Source of the DNA: Bellilinea caldifistulae | GTDB taxonomy: Bacteria; Chloroflexota; Anaerolineae; Anaerolineales; Anaerolineaceae | DNA: 32,000 nucleotides | Assembly (NCBI RefSeq): GCF_001306055.1 | Contig: NZ_LGHJ01000019.1 | Location: 90,001 to 122,000 of the forward strand | Direction of reading: 5' to 3' | In this document: positions 19,823 to 28,620 of the stretch, in pieces | How the letters are laid out: each line of letters begins with the position of its first letter | Position numbering within the stretch: position 1 is the first letter of the stretch | Notes under the pieces: model-generated | Database searches by the model: none | The model's input: only the letters and a program-made list of their open reading frames with translations | What the model was told of the DNA's origin: nothing | Made by a program: the position numbers and the translations under genes

Positions 19823-21781
19823 ATGATTACGCTAACCATTGACGGTCAACAGATTCAAGTTCCGGAAGGCACCACAGTGCTCAATGCCGCCCGAAAAGCC
19901 GGAATTCACATTCCAACCTTATGCGATCACCCCCACCTGAAACCTTACGGTGGATGCCGGTTGTGCATGGTTGAAATAGAGGGTTTCCGCACCTTGCAGG
20001 CTTCCTGCACCATACCGGCAACCAACAACATGGTCGTTCGCACCACCTCAGAGCAGATTCGGAAAGCCAGAAAGTTTGTCCTCACCTTGATATTCAGTGA
20101 GCGCAACCACTTTTGCCCCTACTGCCAGGTCAGCGGCAGCGATTGTGAATTACAAAATGCCGCCTACGGCGAGGGAATGACTCACTGGCCATTGCAGCCC
20201 AACTGGCAGCCTTATCCGGTGGATGCTTCCCACCCCTACTTCATCCTGGAACACAATCGCTGCATCCTGTGCCGGCGTTGCATCCGGGCCTGTGCGGAAC
20301 TGGTCGGTGCAAACACGCTGGGCGTTGAAGAACGTGGTGCAAAGACCTTTGTGATTGCGGATCTGAATGTCCCGTTAGGAGAAAGTTCCTGTGTCTCTTG
20401 TGGAATGTGCGTCCAGGTCTGCCCTACGGGCGCGTTGATTGACCGTCGCAGCGCCTACCGCGGCCAAAACACCACCGTAGATCATCAGCAGACGCTGTGT
20501 TTGGGTTGTTCGGTTGGTTGCGGTGTGGATATCCTCACCCGTGATCAACAATTAATTCGGATTGACGGCAATTGGGACGCCCCGGTCAATCAAGGGGTCA
20601 CCTGCAAAGTCGGTCGCTTCTATCCGGCTTTTGATGACCGCGAACGATTGAAGACACCCCTGCTCCGTAAAAACGGCAGCCTGCAGCCCGTTACCTGGGA
20701 AGAAGCACTGGAAGCCGCAGCGGAGAAGATTAAGACTGCTTCCGGCAATGGTATCGCTGCGGTTGCTTCTACCCGCCTGCCGCTTGAAAGCCTGGTCATC
20801 TTCCGCCAGTTATTCGCCGAACATTTGCGCAGCGCGGTGGTCACATCTACTGATGAAGGAAGCCGCACCGCAATCCTCTCCAAATGGGCTGAAAAACTGG
20901 GGAAGCCATTTGAAGGCAAGATTGATCAGGTCCACGAAGCCGGAGCATTCCTGGTCATGGGGGCCGATCTCGTCAATGAGCATGAGGTTTTGGGATTCTT
21001 CATCCGCAGACGCTTCCCCGAAGGGATTAAGTTGATTGTGGTGGATGAAGATCAAAATCACCTCGGTGATCTGGCGCATTGTGCCTTGATCCCTCAAAAG
21101 AAAACCCAACCTGCACTCCTGAAGGGGTTGATCGCCGCAGTAGCCAAACTCGGACAGAATCAAGTCCCGTTTAGCGGTCAACCGGATGAAGAAGTGCAAA
21201 AAGCCAGCAGTACTTGCGGTGTGGCTTCGGATCTGCTCCTGGAAGCAGCCTTCCAGTTGACCAACAGCGAGAAACCGATCATCATCTACGATCCAGCTGC
21301 CATAAACGATGATGTGATGGACTTGCTGATCACCCTGAGCCAGACAACTGGGGCCGCAATGATCAGCATCAAAGGCGGAGCCAATGCTCTGGGGGCTGCT
21401 CAACTGGATCTGGATAAAACTCTCAAATTAAACGGCCAGCAGGTGGCTTTCATTGCCATCGGCGATGAAGAACCCAAAGAAAGACTGATTCAGCAGCTCG
21501 AAAAGTGCTCCAGCATCATCGTACAGGCCAGTTACCACTCTCGCCTAACCGCAATGGCCGATGTTGTCTTTCCGGTAGTCAACTGGCTGGAACAGGACGG
21601 GCATTTCATCAACCTCGATGGACGCTTACAAACCGCTGCAAAAGTCCTTCAACCGGCTGAGACCGTTTGGACAAATGAAGCGGTTCTATCTGCGCTTGCA
21701 GATAAACTGGGTACATCCGTAGAGAGTGACTGGAAAAACGTGATTTCGATGCGGCCCTCTCCAGTCAGCATCGCCATCTGA
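19823..21781 (+). CDS. NuoG/HoxU-like Fe-S subunit with a truncated, apparently non-catalytic molybdopterin-oxidoreductase-like C-terminal domain
   Basis: The N-terminus is collinear with FdhA (CDHPHLKPYGGCRLC, CILCRRCIRAC, CVSCGMCVQVCP, CLGCSVGC) and carries an extra HFCPYCQVSGSDC motif. The FdhA active-site position reads VVTSTDEGSRTA, so there is no Cys/Sec-His. The C-terminal cap domain is absent. Confidence 0.7.
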   Translation: MITLTIDGQQIQVPEGTTVLNAARKAGIHIPTLCDHPHLKPYGGCRLCMVEIEGFRTLQASCTIPATNNMVVRTTSEQIRKARKFVLTLIFSERNHFCPYCQVSGSDCELQNAAYGEGMTHWPLQPNWQPYPVDASHPYFILEHNRCILCRRCIRACAELVGANTLGVEERGAKTFVIADLNVPLGESSCVSCGMCVQVCPTGALIDRRSAYRGQNTTVDHQQTLCLGCSVGCGVDILTRDQQLIRIDGNWDAPVNQGVTCKVGRFYPAFDDRERLKTPLLRKNGSLQPVTWEEALEAAAEKIKTASGNGIAAVASTRLPLESLVIFRQLFAEHLRSAVVTSTDEGSRTAILSKWAEKLGKPFEGKIDQVHEAGAFLVMGADLVNEHEVLGFFIRRRFPEGIKLIVVDEDQNHLGDLAHCALIPQKKTQPALLKGLIAAVAKLGQNQVPFSGQPDEEVQKASSTCGVASDLLLEAAFQLTNSEKPIIIYDPAAINDDVMDLLITLSQTTGAAMISIKGGANALGAAQLDLDKTLKLNGQQVAFIAIGDEEPKERLIQQLEKCSSIIVQASYHSRLTAMADVVFPVVNWLEQDGHFINLDGRLQTAAKVLQPAETVWTNEAVLSALADKLGTSVESDWKNVISMRPSPVSIAI

Positions 21782-21817
21782 GATTTATTGGAAAGGATTT
21801 TGGAAGGAGGATCACTA

Positions 21818-22360
21818 ATGAGCAAACCGAAAGTAGCTTCTGATTGGATGGCAGGTTGTGCTGGCTGTCACATGTCCTTATTGGATATGGATGAACGTAT
21901 TGTTAAGATTGCTGAGCTGGTAGACTTGCGTTCCACACCAATTACCGACCTGAAACACCCCGATGAGACCGGCGTTGACGTAGGCATTCTGGAAGGTGGC
22001 ATTAACAACACCAGCAACGAAGAAGTCGCTAAAATGATGCGCAAACGCTGCAAGATTCTGGTTGCATTGGGTGATTGTGCCGTTTTTGGTGGTGTTCCGG
22101 CGATGCGCAACTTCTTCACCATTGAAGAGACCCTGCGTCGCGCCTACGTCGAAACGGAAAGTACCGATGCAGAGGGAAAAATTCCCGATGATCCTGAACT
22201 GGCTCGTCCGACCCGCGTGCGAGCCGTCCATGAGGTCGTACCGGTGGACATTTTTGTGCCGGGTTGCCCGCCAGATGCAGATACCATTTTCTATGTGCTT
22301 TCAGAACTGGCACAGGGCCGCAAGCCGGTTTTGAAAGACGACAAACTGCACTGGCACTAA
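21818..22360 (+). CDS. hoxY: [NiFe] hydrogenase small subunit, short cytoplasmic (HoxY/group 3) type
   Basis: Motifs GCAGCHMS, ALGDCAVFGG and VPGCPP. No Tat signal. The SD GGAAGGAGG precedes ATG 21818. Confidence 0.8.
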   Translation: MSKPKVASDWMAGCAGCHMSLLDMDERIVKIAELVDLRSTPITDLKHPDETGVDVGILEGGINNTSNEEVAKMMRKRCKILVALGDCAVFGGVPAMRNFFTIEETLRRAYVETESTDAEGKIPDDPELARPTRVRAVHEVVPVDIFVPGCPPDADTIFYVLSELAQGRKPVLKDDKLHWH

Positions 22361-22375
22361 GAGGAGGTGTTCACA

Positions 22376-23800
22376 ATGACTACTCAGAAAATCACAATTG
22401 AACCAGTGACCCGTATTGAAGGCCACGCCAAAGTAACCATCCATCTAAACCCGGATGGAAATGTGGAACGGGCTTACCTGCACATCAACGAATTTCGCGG
22501 CTTCGAAAAGTTCTGCGAAGGGCGCATGGTCTTTGAAATGCCCACCATCACCCCTCGCATTTGTGGAATTTGCCCGGTTTCGCACCATTTGGCAGCTGCA
22601 AAGGCGGGGGATGAAGTTTATGGCTCTCCCCCTCCGCGCCCGGCTCAATTGTTGCGGGAATTGATGCACATGGGGCAGATCATTCAAAGTCACGGGATGC
22701 ACTTCTTCGAACTTGCCGGTCCGGATTTGCTCCTTGGCTTTGATGCTGACCCGGCTATACGCAATGTGGTGGGTTTGATTCAGACCAATCCCGAACTGGC
22801 TTTGAAAGCCGTCAATTTACGTAAATACGGCCAGGAGATCATCCACATCCTTGGCGGGCGGCGGATTCATCCCGTTTTTGCCGTCCCCGGCGGCGTCAAC
22901 AAAGCCTTGAAGACTGCCGAAAGAGATACCATTTTGGCCGGACTGGATGAAGTCATCTCCACCATCCAAATGGGGATTCAAATCTTCAAGGGCTGGGCTG
23001 AGAAAAACCGCGAAGACATTGATAAATTCGCCGTTTTCCCAACCGGCTATCTTGGCCTGGTCAAACCCGGTAACACCCTCGAATTGTACGATGGAGAAGT
23101 CCGCCTGATTGATGCGAGTGGAAAACAATTGGAGTTATTTGACGGCCGTAAGTATCTGGATTACATCGCCGAACACGTCGAATCGTGGTCTTACTTGAAA
23201 TTCCCCTACTACAAGAAGATGGGCTACCCGGCCGGCGTTTACCGTGTAGGGCCATTAGGCCGACTGAACGCCAGTGATCGAATAGCCACCCCGCTGGCAG
23301 ATGCCGAATTGCGCGAGTTCAAAACCCTCAACAACGGAAAACCGGTTGAAAACACCCTGTATTACCACTACGCCCGGCTGATCGAAGCCCTCTATGCCGC
23401 CGAGAATGTCCGGCTCTTATGTGAAGACCCGGATATCCTCAGCACCGACATCCTCAACACCCGCCAGAACTTCAAAGGCGAAGGGGTTGGTGTCATCGAA
23501 GCGCCGCGTGGGACCTTGTGGCATCATTATTGGGCAAAACCCAACGGCCAGCTCGAGCGGGTCAACATGATTGTAGCCACGGGCAACAATAACTGGGCAA
23601 TGAGCCATGCCGTGGATAGCGTTGCCAAGACCTACATCAACGGTCAACAAATCCGCGAAGGCCTGCTTAACCGCGTAGAAGCCGCCGTGCGAGCCTATGA
23701 TCCTTGCCTTTCCTGCTCCACTCACGCCGTCGGACAGATGCCCATCATGGTGGAGATGCTGGATCATCAAGGTAACCTCGTGAAGACCATCTCAAGGTAG
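22376..23800 (+). CDS. hoxH: [NiFe] hydrogenase large subunit (HoxH/group 3 type)
   Basis: N-terminal Ni-binding motif [11 protein letters not shown] and C-terminal DPCLSCSTH, followed by a cleavable extension. Begins VTRIEGH. Confidence 0.9.
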   Translation: MTTQKITIEPVTRIEGHAKVTIHLNPDGNVERAYLHINEFRGFEKFCEGRMVFEMPTITPRICGICPVSHHLAAAKAGDEVYGSPPPRPAQLLRELMHMGQIIQSHGMHFFELAGPDLLLGFDADPAIRNVVGLIQTNPELALKAVNLRKYGQEIIHILGGRRIHPVFAVPGGVNKALKTAERDTILAGLDEVISTIQMGIQIFKGWAEKNREDIDKFAVFPTGYLGLVKPGNTLELYDGEVRLIDASGKQLELFDGRKYLDYIAEHVESWSYLKFPYYKKMGYPAGVYRVGPLGRLNASDRIATPLADAELREFKTLNNGKPVENTLYYHYARLIEALYAAENVRLLCEDPDILSTDILNTRQNFKGEGVGVIEAPRGTLWHHYWAKPNGQLERVNMIVATGNNNWAMSHAVDSVAKTYINGQQIREGLLNRVEAAVRAYDPCLSCSTHAVGQMPIMVEMLDHQGNLVKTISR

Positions 23801-23801
23801 T

Positions 23802-24347
23802 ATGCAAACCGATTCAGCGTACCCTCCGCAGCAGGTTCCAGCACAAACTTCGCAGCCGGAACCTGCTGCTCAAAGAATCCTCTTACTGGGATACGGTAAC
23901 CTCGACCGGCAGGACGATGGAATTGCCTGGCATATCCTCAGAAGAGTAGCCGAAAACCTGGATGCTCAATTACCAGCCGTACCTGAACAATACCAGTATG
24001 AAGTTTCTCCTACCATTACAATCGGTTTTGCACTTCATCTGATCCCTGAACATTCCGAATGGCTGAGTCAGGTGGAACGAGTACTCTTTCTGGATGCTCA
24101 CACCGGTACCATCCCGCAGGAAATTTGCTTTACCCCCCTGAATGCCCGCTTTGAGCCATCACCGTTCACCCATCATTTGACCCCGGCGACCTGTCTGGCA
24201 TTATGTGCCGCTTTGTACCAAAAAGTACCACAGGGTGCCTTATTGTCGGTGCGGGGCTATGAATTCAATTTCAGTCAATCCCTCTCTCCGGCTGCCAGCC
24301 AACTGCTTGAACCCGCAGTTAAACAGGTAATGGACTGGCTTGGTTGA
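23802..24347 (+). CDS. hoxW: Hydrogenase maturation endopeptidase (HoxW/HycI family) with a 25-aa Pro/Gln-rich N-terminal extension
   Basis: Motifs LLLGYGNLDRQDDGIAWH and FLDAH. The start lies 1 nt after the hoxH stop. Confidence 0.75.
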   Translation: MQTDSAYPPQQVPAQTSQPEPAAQRILLLGYGNLDRQDDGIAWHILRRVAENLDAQLPAVPEQYQYEVSPTITIGFALHLIPEHSEWLSQVERVLFLDAHTGTIPQEICFTPLNARFEPSPFTHHLTPATCLALCAALYQKVPQGALLSVRGYEFNFSQSLSPAASQLLEPAVKQVMDWLG

Positions 24348-24384
24348 ACGTCAGGTCAAATTTGGTGACATGTTACCCACCTGA

Positions 24385-24957
24385 ATGATGACGCAGGTCA
24401 CTTTAATGAATATGGTATTCGGTGTTACAAAAGTAGATAACTACAAGACCGATTTGTACCCCATGCAAACATCCAGCCTGATTGAAACTCTGCGGACAAT
24501 TCCCTGGTTCCTGGATCTTAAACCCCAGCAAATTGAAGCGCTGGCTGGGATTTCCTCCATTGTACATTACAAAGAAGGCACAGCCATCTTTTGTGAAGGT
24601 GATCGAGTGGATAATATCTACATCATCCTCTCCGGCCAAATTGGCGTGGATATGGCTGTGCCTTCCCGTGGAATTGTGCGCATCACCACCGCTGAACCAT
24701 TGGACATCATCGGCTGGTCCAAATTGACCCCGGTTGTGCGACAACGCACAGCCTCCACAATTGCCCTGAAGGATTCAACCCTGCTTGTCCTGAATGGAGA
24801 TGAATTAAATCGGCTTTGCGAAGAAGACCCTCGCCTTGGATATGTCATTATGCGGCGAGTTGCCAATGTGGTTGCCAGTAACCTCCTCACGATTAAACTG
24901 CAATTGATGGACTTGATCCTTCAATCATCCAGCGAAACGGACGTTAAAACCAGGTAA
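24385..24957 (+). CDS. Stand-alone cyclic-nucleotide-binding (Crp-type sensor) domain protein with no DNA-binding domain; start uncertain (24385 or 24463)
   Basis: Motif FCEGDRVDNIYIILSGQIGV and the phosphate-binding-cassette-like RQRTAS. The protein is too short to hold an HTH. Confidence 0.6.
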   Translation: MMTQVTLMNMVFGVTKVDNYKTDLYPMQTSSLIETLRTIPWFLDLKPQQIEALAGISSIVHYKEGTAIFCEGDRVDNIYIILSGQIGVDMAVPSRGIVRITTAEPLDIIGWSKLTPVVRQRTASTIALKDSTLLVLNGDELNRLCEEDPRLGYVIMRRVANVVASNLLTIKLQLMDLILQSSSETDVKTR

Positions 24958-24976
24958 GACAATATATTCAGGGGTT

Positions 24977-25005
24977 TTTACTCCGAATTCTCTTAATGGT
25001 AGAAT
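24977..25005 (+). promoter_or_regulatory. Candidate hyp promoter (TTTACT, 17-nt spacer, TAGAAT) ending 8 nt before the hypA ATG, implying a leaderless or near-leaderless mRNA
   Basis: Hexamers read directly. There is no SD between the -10 hexamer and the ATG (sequence AAAACATC). Confidence 0.25.
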
Positions 25006-25013
25006 AAAACATC

Positions 25014-25373
25014 ATGCACGAGCTAGCCGTAACCGAATCCGTGTTGGAGATCGCTCTTCGCCACGCCGGTCAGGTCAATGCTGACCGGGTAACCGATATT
25101 TATCTGGTGATTGGAAGATTGTCCAGTATCGTGGATGATTCGGTGCAATTTTACTGGAACATCATCGCTGAAAATACACTTTGTCAGAATGCAAACCTGC
25201 ATTTCAAACGTGTTCCAGCCCGCTTGAGATGCGTTGATTGTCAATTGGAATTCGAAGTTCAGGATTCTCTCTCTCCCTGCCCCCAATGCGGTGGCTATCA
25301 CATAAATGTCATTGGCGGCGAGGAGTTTTATGTCGAATCAATCATTGTCGAAAAAGAAGGAGCAACTGTATGA
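25014..25373 (+). CDS. hypA: Hydrogenase nickel-insertion protein HypA
   Basis: N-terminal MHELAV (the MHE Ni site) and zinc motifs CVDC...CPQCG. Confidence 0.9.
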   Translation: MHELAVTESVLEIALRHAGQVNADRVTDIYLVIGRLSSIVDDSVQFYWNIIAENTLCQNANLHFKRVPARLRCVDCQLEFEVQDSLSPCPQCGGYHINVIGGEEFYVESIIVEKEGATV

Positions 25374-26041
25374 CTCCAACCCGTGTTCCGGTTGTCGAAA
25401 AAATTTTAGATGCAAACGATCAGGTTGCCCAGCAAAACCGGGCATTGTTTGACCATCATCGAACTTTTGCGATCAATGTTATGGCTTCACCCGGCGCCGG
25501 TAAAACCACCTTCATCCTCAAAACATTGGAAGGACTGTCTCCCAGATACCGTATGGCAGTCATCGAAGGGGATACCGCCCCCGTGACGATTGATGCCGAT
25601 AAGATATCTGCTTTGGGTTTACCGGTTGTTCAAATTAACACTGGCGGAGATTGCCATTTGGACGCCGTGATGCTTCATGCGGGTTTACAATCCCTGCCAT
25701 TGGATGGTGTTGATATCGTCCTAATCGAAAATGTTGGGAATCTGATCTGTCCGGCTGCTTTCAAATTAGGCTCACATCTCAATCTACTGGTTGCAAGCAC
25801 GCCCGAAGGGGACGACAAACCATACAAATACCCGAATATGTACCGTGGAATTGATGTCTTGATCATCAATAAAATGGACCTGATCCCTTACATTGATTTC
25901 AACATGGCCTATTTCCAACAGGGAGTAGAAATACTCAACCCCGGCCTACGCACTTTTCCGGTTTCGGCAAAAACCGGCGAGGGAATGTCTGAATGGATTA
26001 ACTGGCTGGATGAGGTAGTTCAACAACACCGTAAAAAATGA
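25370..26041 (+). CDS. hypB: Hydrogenase nickel-incorporation GTPase HypB (short form, without an N-terminal CxxCGC or His-rich tract)
   Basis: P-loop SPGAGKTT, GTPase-domain metal ligands GGDCH and NLICPA, and NKMD. ATGA overlap with hypA. The upstream part of the track ORF was rejected. Confidence 0.9.
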   Translation: MTPTRVPVVEKILDANDQVAQQNRALFDHHRTFAINVMASPGAGKTTFILKTLEGLSPRYRMAVIEGDTAPVTIDADKISALGLPVVQINTGGDCHLDAVMLHAGLQSLPLDGVDIVLIENVGNLICPAAFKLGSHLNLLVASTPEGDDKPYKYPNMYRGIDVLIINKMDLIPYIDFNMAYFQQGVEILNPGLRTFPVSAKTGEGMSEWINWLDEVVQQHRKK

Positions 26042-28350
26042 ATGTGGAAGCCGTAGCCGTTCGAGTTTTGGTTCGTGGAATTGTCCAGGGGGTTGGTTTC
26101 CGCCCGTTTATTTACAGCCTTGCCCAAAAATACCACCTGAAAGGCTGGGTGCGCAATACTTCCGGCAATGTGGAAATTCATCTCGAAGGCACCTCCAACC
26201 ATGTGGATCAATTCTTGTTCGAACTACAAAACCGGCTGCCGCCGCTCGCCCGCGTTGATTCGTTGCAAGTCATCAACACATTGCCTGAAAATCCGGATGA
26301 TTTTCGAATTCTTTCCAGCCAAAGCGATCCCACTCAATTCCAGCCCATCTCACCGGATACTGCCATATGCGCCGACTGCCGCCGCGAATTATTTGATCCG
26401 GCAAACCGCCGGTTTCGATATCCATTTATCAACTGCACCAATTGCGGTCCGCGCTTCACAATCATTCAGAGTTTGCCTTATGACCGGCCGAATACCACCA
26501 TGGCCGGCTTTGAAATGTGTGATACCTGCCGGGAAGAATACCAAAACCCGCAAGACCGCCGTTTTCACGCCCAGCCGATTGCCTGCCCCGAGTGCGGCCC
26601 GCAGGTTTGGTTTGAAGTTGAGGGTCGGCCAACGGCTTGTAAAGAAGCTGCCATTCAAACTGCCCGGGAGTGGATTAAGCAAGGGAAAATCCTTGCCATC
26701 AAAGGACTGGGAGGATTTCATCTTGCCTGCGATGCCACCAATCCACAAGCCGTTCAAACGCTGCGCGAACGCAAACAGCGTAGCGATAAGCCTTTTGCCC
26801 TGATGGCTTTCGATACAAAAACAATTGAAGAGTACTGTCTGATCAGCCCACAGGAAAAGGAATGGCTTGAGTCCCGTTTTGCACCGATTGTTCTCCTTCA
26901 ACCCCGTCAACCTGAAGGTTTAGCCGCTAATGTCGCCCCTCGCCAACGGCGGTTGGGTTTCATGCTGGCCTATACTCCCCTGCACCTTTTATTGACCGAG
27001 CCGGAAGAAGGTTACCCGCCCGTTTTAGTGATGACGAGCGGTAACCTCAGCGATGAGCCGATTGCGTACCGCGATGATCAGGCCCGCCGTCAACTGGCTT
27101 CACTGGCGGATGCCTTTCTGTTCCACAACCGGGAAATTCACATGCGGGTGGATGATTCGGTGGTTCAATCCCATCGTTCAAAATTGTATTTTATTCGCCG
27201 TTCTCGCGGCTTTGCACCCGATGGGTTGATGATTAATCAGGATTTACCTCCAGTACTGGCAGTTGGTGCTGAGTTAAAGAACGCCTTTTGCCTTACCCGC
27301 GGTCAATATGCCTTCCTCAGTCACTACATCGGAGATATGGAAAATTACGAAACATTCCAATCTTTTGAAGAAGGCATTTCACATTACGAGCGTGTGTTCC
27401 AAATCAAGCCTCAGGCAATTGCCAGTGACCTGCACCCGGACTATCTGGCAACGCGCTACGCCATTCAACGCGCCAGAGACCAAAACCTTCCCCTTGTTCA
27501 AGTTCAACATCATCATGCTCACTTAGTCTCCTGTCTGGGAGATAACCAATTCCCCGCCGAGCAGCAAGCGATTGGCGTGATTCTGGATGGTACCGGTTAC
27601 GGAAGCGACGGCGCAATTTGGGGCGGTGAGTTTTTACTGGGCAACCGCGCCGGCTTTCAGCGATGGATGCACCTTAAATACGTTCCTCTGCCGGGAGGCG
27701 ACGCGGCCACTCGCAGGGTCAGCCGAATTGCCCTGGCACACCTCTGGTCAGCCGGTTTGGATTGGGAAGCAGACCTGCCGCCTGTCGAAGCGCTCTGCGA
27801 GGAGGAAAGAACCATCCTGCGTACCCAGTTAGAACACCGGATAAACACCCCCCTGACCTCCAGCATGGGACGACTGTTTGATGCTGTGGCTGGCTTGTTG
27901 GGCATCCGTGATCGAATTACCTACGAAGGACAGGCCGCCATTGAACTGGAAAATCTGGCGGATGAGCACGAGACAGGAATTTATCCATTTTCAATCAACA
28001 AGGATGAAATTGACCCGTCCATGCTTTGGGAAGCCATTCTGGCAGACTGGAGAAATGGTCTCTCACTGGCGGTGATTGCCGGTCGGTTTCATAACACGGT
28101 TGCCCAGATCATCCTCGATGCCGTCCAATCCATCCGTGAGATCAGTGGCGTTAACATAGTCGCATTGTCCGGCGGAGTGTGGCAAAACTCGTTACTTCTG
28201 AAGAAAACCATACCTCTTCTGGAAAAATCATCCTTTGAAGTCCTCACCCATCAGCGTGTTCCTGCCAATGATGGTGGAATTGCGCTTGGGCAGGCCTTAG
28301 TTGCTGCAGATCAACTTCATTCCTCTTCTTTCGTTCAGGAAGGATCGTAA
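26038..28350 (+). CDS. hypF: Carbamoyltransferase HypF
   Basis: Acylphosphatase domain (VRGIVQGVGFRPF), two zinc-finger pairs (CADC...CTNCGPRF and CDTC...CPECGP), and YrdC-like plus Kae1-like domains. Confidence 0.95.
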   Translation: MNVEAVAVRVLVRGIVQGVGFRPFIYSLAQKYHLKGWVRNTSGNVEIHLEGTSNHVDQFLFELQNRLPPLARVDSLQVINTLPENPDDFRILSSQSDPTQFQPISPDTAICADCRRELFDPANRRFRYPFINCTNCGPRFTIIQSLPYDRPNTTMAGFEMCDTCREEYQNPQDRRFHAQPIACPECGPQVWFEVEGRPTACKEAAIQTAREWIKQGKILAIKGLGGFHLACDATNPQAVQTLRERKQRSDKPFALMAFDTKTIEEYCLISPQEKEWLESRFAPIVLLQPRQPEGLAANVAPRQRRLGFMLAYTPLHLLLTEPEEGYPPVLVMTSGNLSDEPIAYRDDQARRQLASLADAFLFHNREIHMRVDDSVVQSHRSKLYFIRRSRGFAPDGLMINQDLPPVLAVGAELKNAFCLTRGQYAFLSHYIGDMENYETFQSFEEGISHYERVFQIKPQAIASDLHPDYLATRYAIQRARDQNLPLVQVQHHHAHLVSCLGDNQFPAEQQAIGVILDGTGYGSDGAIWGGEFLLGNRAGFQRWMHLKYVPLPGGDAATRRVSRIALAHLWSAGLDWEADLPPVEALCEEERTILRTQLEHRINTPLTSSMGRLFDAVAGLLGIRDRITYEGQAAIELENLADEHETGIYPFSINKDEIDPSMLWEAILADWRNGLSLAVIAGRFHNTVAQIILDAVQSIREISGVNIVALSGGVWQNSLLLKKTIPLLEKSSFEVLTHQRVPANDGGIALGQALVAADQLHSSSFVQEGS

Positions 28351-28351
28351 A

Positions 28352-28609
28352 ATGTGTCTTGGAATTCCCGGTAAAATTGTCGAATTATATCAACAGGCTG
28401 GCTTACGAATGGCAAAAATTGATTTTGGCGGTGTGCTTCGGGAAGCCTGTGTGGAAACGCTGCCCGAAGCCAAAGTCGGTGATTACGCCATCATCCACGC
28501 CGGGTTCGCGCTCAATCTTTTAGATGAGCAGGAAGCCCTCGAAACCCTCCAACTACTCCGCGATGCCGGCGTGCTCGATGAAGAATTGAATCCATCCTCT
28601 CCGACATAG
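28352..28609 (+). CDS. hypC: Hydrogenase assembly chaperone HypC
   Basis: Invariant N-terminal MCLGIPG. Start chosen at ATG 28352, 1 nt after the hypF stop. Confidence 0.9.
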   Translation: MCLGIPGKIVELYQQAGLRMAKIDFGGVLREACVETLPEAKVGDYAIIHAGFALNLLDEQEALETLQLLRDAGVLDEELNPSSPT

Positions 28610-28620
28610 GAACGAATCCA

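Noticed and set aside
25238-25369. The upstream extension of the hypB ORF (track start at 25238), and similarly the hypC extension (28301-28351)
   Set aside because: The extensions overlap the 3' ends of hypA and hypF in another frame and encode non-conserved sequence. The canonical N-termini (MTPTRVP... for hypB and MCLGIPG for hypC) start at 25370 and 28352.
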